Positions 61,785 to 64,000 of a stretch of DNA of 64,000 nucleotides are shown here, in pieces. The first letter of the stretch is position 1. The number at the start of each line of letters is the position of its first letter. The notes beneath the pieces are model-generated. The model had not been told where the DNA came from, did not search any database, and saw nothing but the letters and a program-made list of their open reading frames with translations. Both the position numbers and the translations under genes were made by a program. Origin of the DNA: Lepidodermella squamata (lineage: Eukaryota > Animalia > Gastrotricha); the NCBI GenBank assembly GCA_047495785.1, contig JBLDXI010000058.1:1-64000 (forward strand), written 5' to 3'.

Positions 61785-64000
61785 CTGGTAGCCCGGCGGA
61801 AGACTGCGCCACAGGCGGCTCAGGACGCGCTCCCACTGGACCGGTGTCCCGCGGTGGGACGTGCGTGCGTGCAGGTGGCTTCGGCGGTCGCCCTAGGAGG
61901 CGGCGCCTGAATAGTGTCACCAGTATCACGGGTTTGCCGACTTTCACCGGGCGCGGAGCGGCTGGGACCAGGCTCGGGAGGTGAGTGGCGAAGAACTCGC
62001 TGTCGTCGCGGCCGAATATGACCGGTAAACGACGGGTGCGGACTTTTCTTTCTTCGAGCAGAAGCCTGGCAGGATCGCCGGTCTTGACACAGCGGCGTGC
62101 GTCGTCGTATGCGACAGCGAACTCGTTCTCGTTGAAGGTCACAGCATGGCGAATGATTACACTTCGAGTGGCTGGATCGAATAGCCTGGACCCTTTTTGT
62201 TCCAACGAGTAGCCGACGAAACGGTAGGTCTTCGCCTTCGCGTCGAACTTAGTGCGGTACTTGTCTGCAATGTGGGCGTACGCAATGCAGCCGAACGGGC
62301 GCAGAAGCGAGACGTCAGGTGCGCGGCCGTGCAGGATTTCAAAAGGCGCCCGGAACGGAATCAGGCACCCGATTCAATGTAAAGACGGAGTAGCTGGCCG
62401 CCTCGCCCCAGAAATACTTCGCAGCGCCGGCGTGAATCATGCTCCTACGCGATAACTCGGTCACCGTACGAATGGCGCGCTCGGCCACGCCGTTTTGCTC
62501 CGGGGTATCGGCCACCGTCAGCTCGTGCTTGGTCCCACGCTCGGCCAGGTACGCCTTCGTCTCGTTCGACACTTATTAGCCACCACCGTCGGTTCGGAAA
62601 CGCGCGATATTTTTACGCTGGGAGTTCGTCACTTCAGCCTCGAAGATCTTATACTTTTCGAAGACGTCAGATTTGTGGGCTATGAGAAAAACCTATACGT
62701 GGTGAGAATAATCGTTAACCATGAGCAGAAGCCATCTCGCGCGCCACCAAGAGATTCGACTTCTACCGGGCCGGCGACGTCGGAATGTACCAGATCGAGG
62801 TCATCTTCTGACCGGTCGTGCTCGGCGGTGAGCTTCAAGCAACGAGACTGCGGCGACGGCTCTGGACGTGTTGACGCGCAGTTAGTACAAGCCCTCGTTC
62901 TGGTCAGCGACCCCAACGGCGCGCTGAGAGTCGCCCTGGAAGACGAGCGCTTTCTCGGGCCCAAAACGAAGTAAGCCAGCGATTGAGGCAGCGTAGACCC
63001 TCAGGAGATTTGTAGCCAAAGCAGGGACGAACAGGACATTCTTGATAGATACGCGAATCCGCTTCCCATCATTGACCACCGCTAGGACGGTGCCAGTCTT
63101 CGACGCGGGAATTCGGCGTCCATCACCGAGCTTAACGTAAATCTCGAGCGGCTCAATATCCGATAATGCTGAAAGATCGTTCGTCATATGCATTGTCGCC
63201 CCGGAGTCGGCCATCCAGCGCCGATCAATTGGCTCGCCAACGACAGCTTCGCGACCCAGTGTCGTTTTTACCAAGTTGGCGGACACGAATCGAATCCGCC
63301 TGGGCACTCCCCCCTCACGACCGAGAGAGTGACGGAGGTAGTGCAACTCGCGCAGTTCGTGTCGCAGGTCGCTGGGTTCTCGGTCGACGACAGCTCGAAA
63401 CGCGGTTGGACCAGAACTCGCACCTTGGTCTCCGTCGCGACGCATATGCGTGACGCATCTTCGACCAGCGCTCACACAGATCGGCCCGTTGGCCGACGCG
63501 GTTACACTTTCGACACGATATGTTTTTGTCATGGCTGTACTTTTTGCACTCTTCAATCTTGTGGCCGCGGGCGTCGCAGTACGGGCAATTGAGAATAAAA
63601 TTCATTCGGCTTGTTTTCAATTTGTTTTCAAGTTTTAATATCGTTTTACGGAGTCGCCACACTGGTGGTCAGACGTCACGGCAGCGGACAGCCACTGAAG
63701 TTTTGCCTGGTTCCGCTCAAGACGGTAGACATACCTGCAACAGCAGCACTGAGTTGAGCAGTTGATTGCTGGTCGGGGGCCGGCGAGAACACAGAGGGAG
63801 CGGGGTGAGACGGAGGGATCAGCGGCGAAGGCGCGGCAGTAGCATGGGCAAAACTGCGACCCGGCACCCCAGGCGACAACTTGCCACTGCCAGTGGCACC
63901 CGCGGCGAGCTTCTTAATTTTCGCGGCGGCGTGAGCACGGCGGGATTCCACTTCAGCAGCCTGCGCAACTTTGAACGCTGGGCAGCCGCGCCAGGTACTG

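Larger units (their letters stand above)
51640..64000 (-). mobile_element. Decayed Ty1/Copia element A, split into 51640-51955, 55676-56700 and 61785-64000 by nested insertions
   Basis: Gag knuckles CPYCDARGHKIEEC and CRKCNRVGQRADLC, protease WMADSGATMHM, integrase VHSDVAGP..TPEQNGVAER..FWGEA, EPLTFDEAM, RT YQSVVGSLNYAAIGTRPDI; many frameshifts. Confidence 0.92.

Overview
Eukaryotic genomic DNA from an invertebrate animal, probably a protostome, spanning the edge of an rDNA array and the adjoining transposon-rich flank. Positions 1-8105 hold minus-strand rDNA: the 5' part of 18S, a compact ~2.15 kb ETS/IGS containing an oppositely oriented 5S gene, 28S (with a hidden-break signature), ITS2, 5.8S, ITS1, and an 18S copy broken off after ~305 nt where the array ends. 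The remaining ~56 kb has no recognisable intact host gene. It is a mosaic of decayed Gypsy, Copia, Jockey-, RTE- and CR1/L2-like retroelements, Tc1-mariner/pogo, Harbinger and Mutator-type DNA elements, and a Penelope-type hammerhead-ribozyme palindrome. The standout is an intact Ty1/Copia element (56711-61784) with a half-tRNAiMet-type PBS and a 1341-aa gag-pol ORF. It is followed, in the same frame after a single UGA, by a 239-aa env-like membrane glycoprotein ORF (signal peptide, furin site, heptad repeat, N-glycosylation sequons, TM anchor). That architecture is established for plant Sireviruses but is not one I know from animal Copia elements. All calls come from reading the sequence only; no database searches were run.
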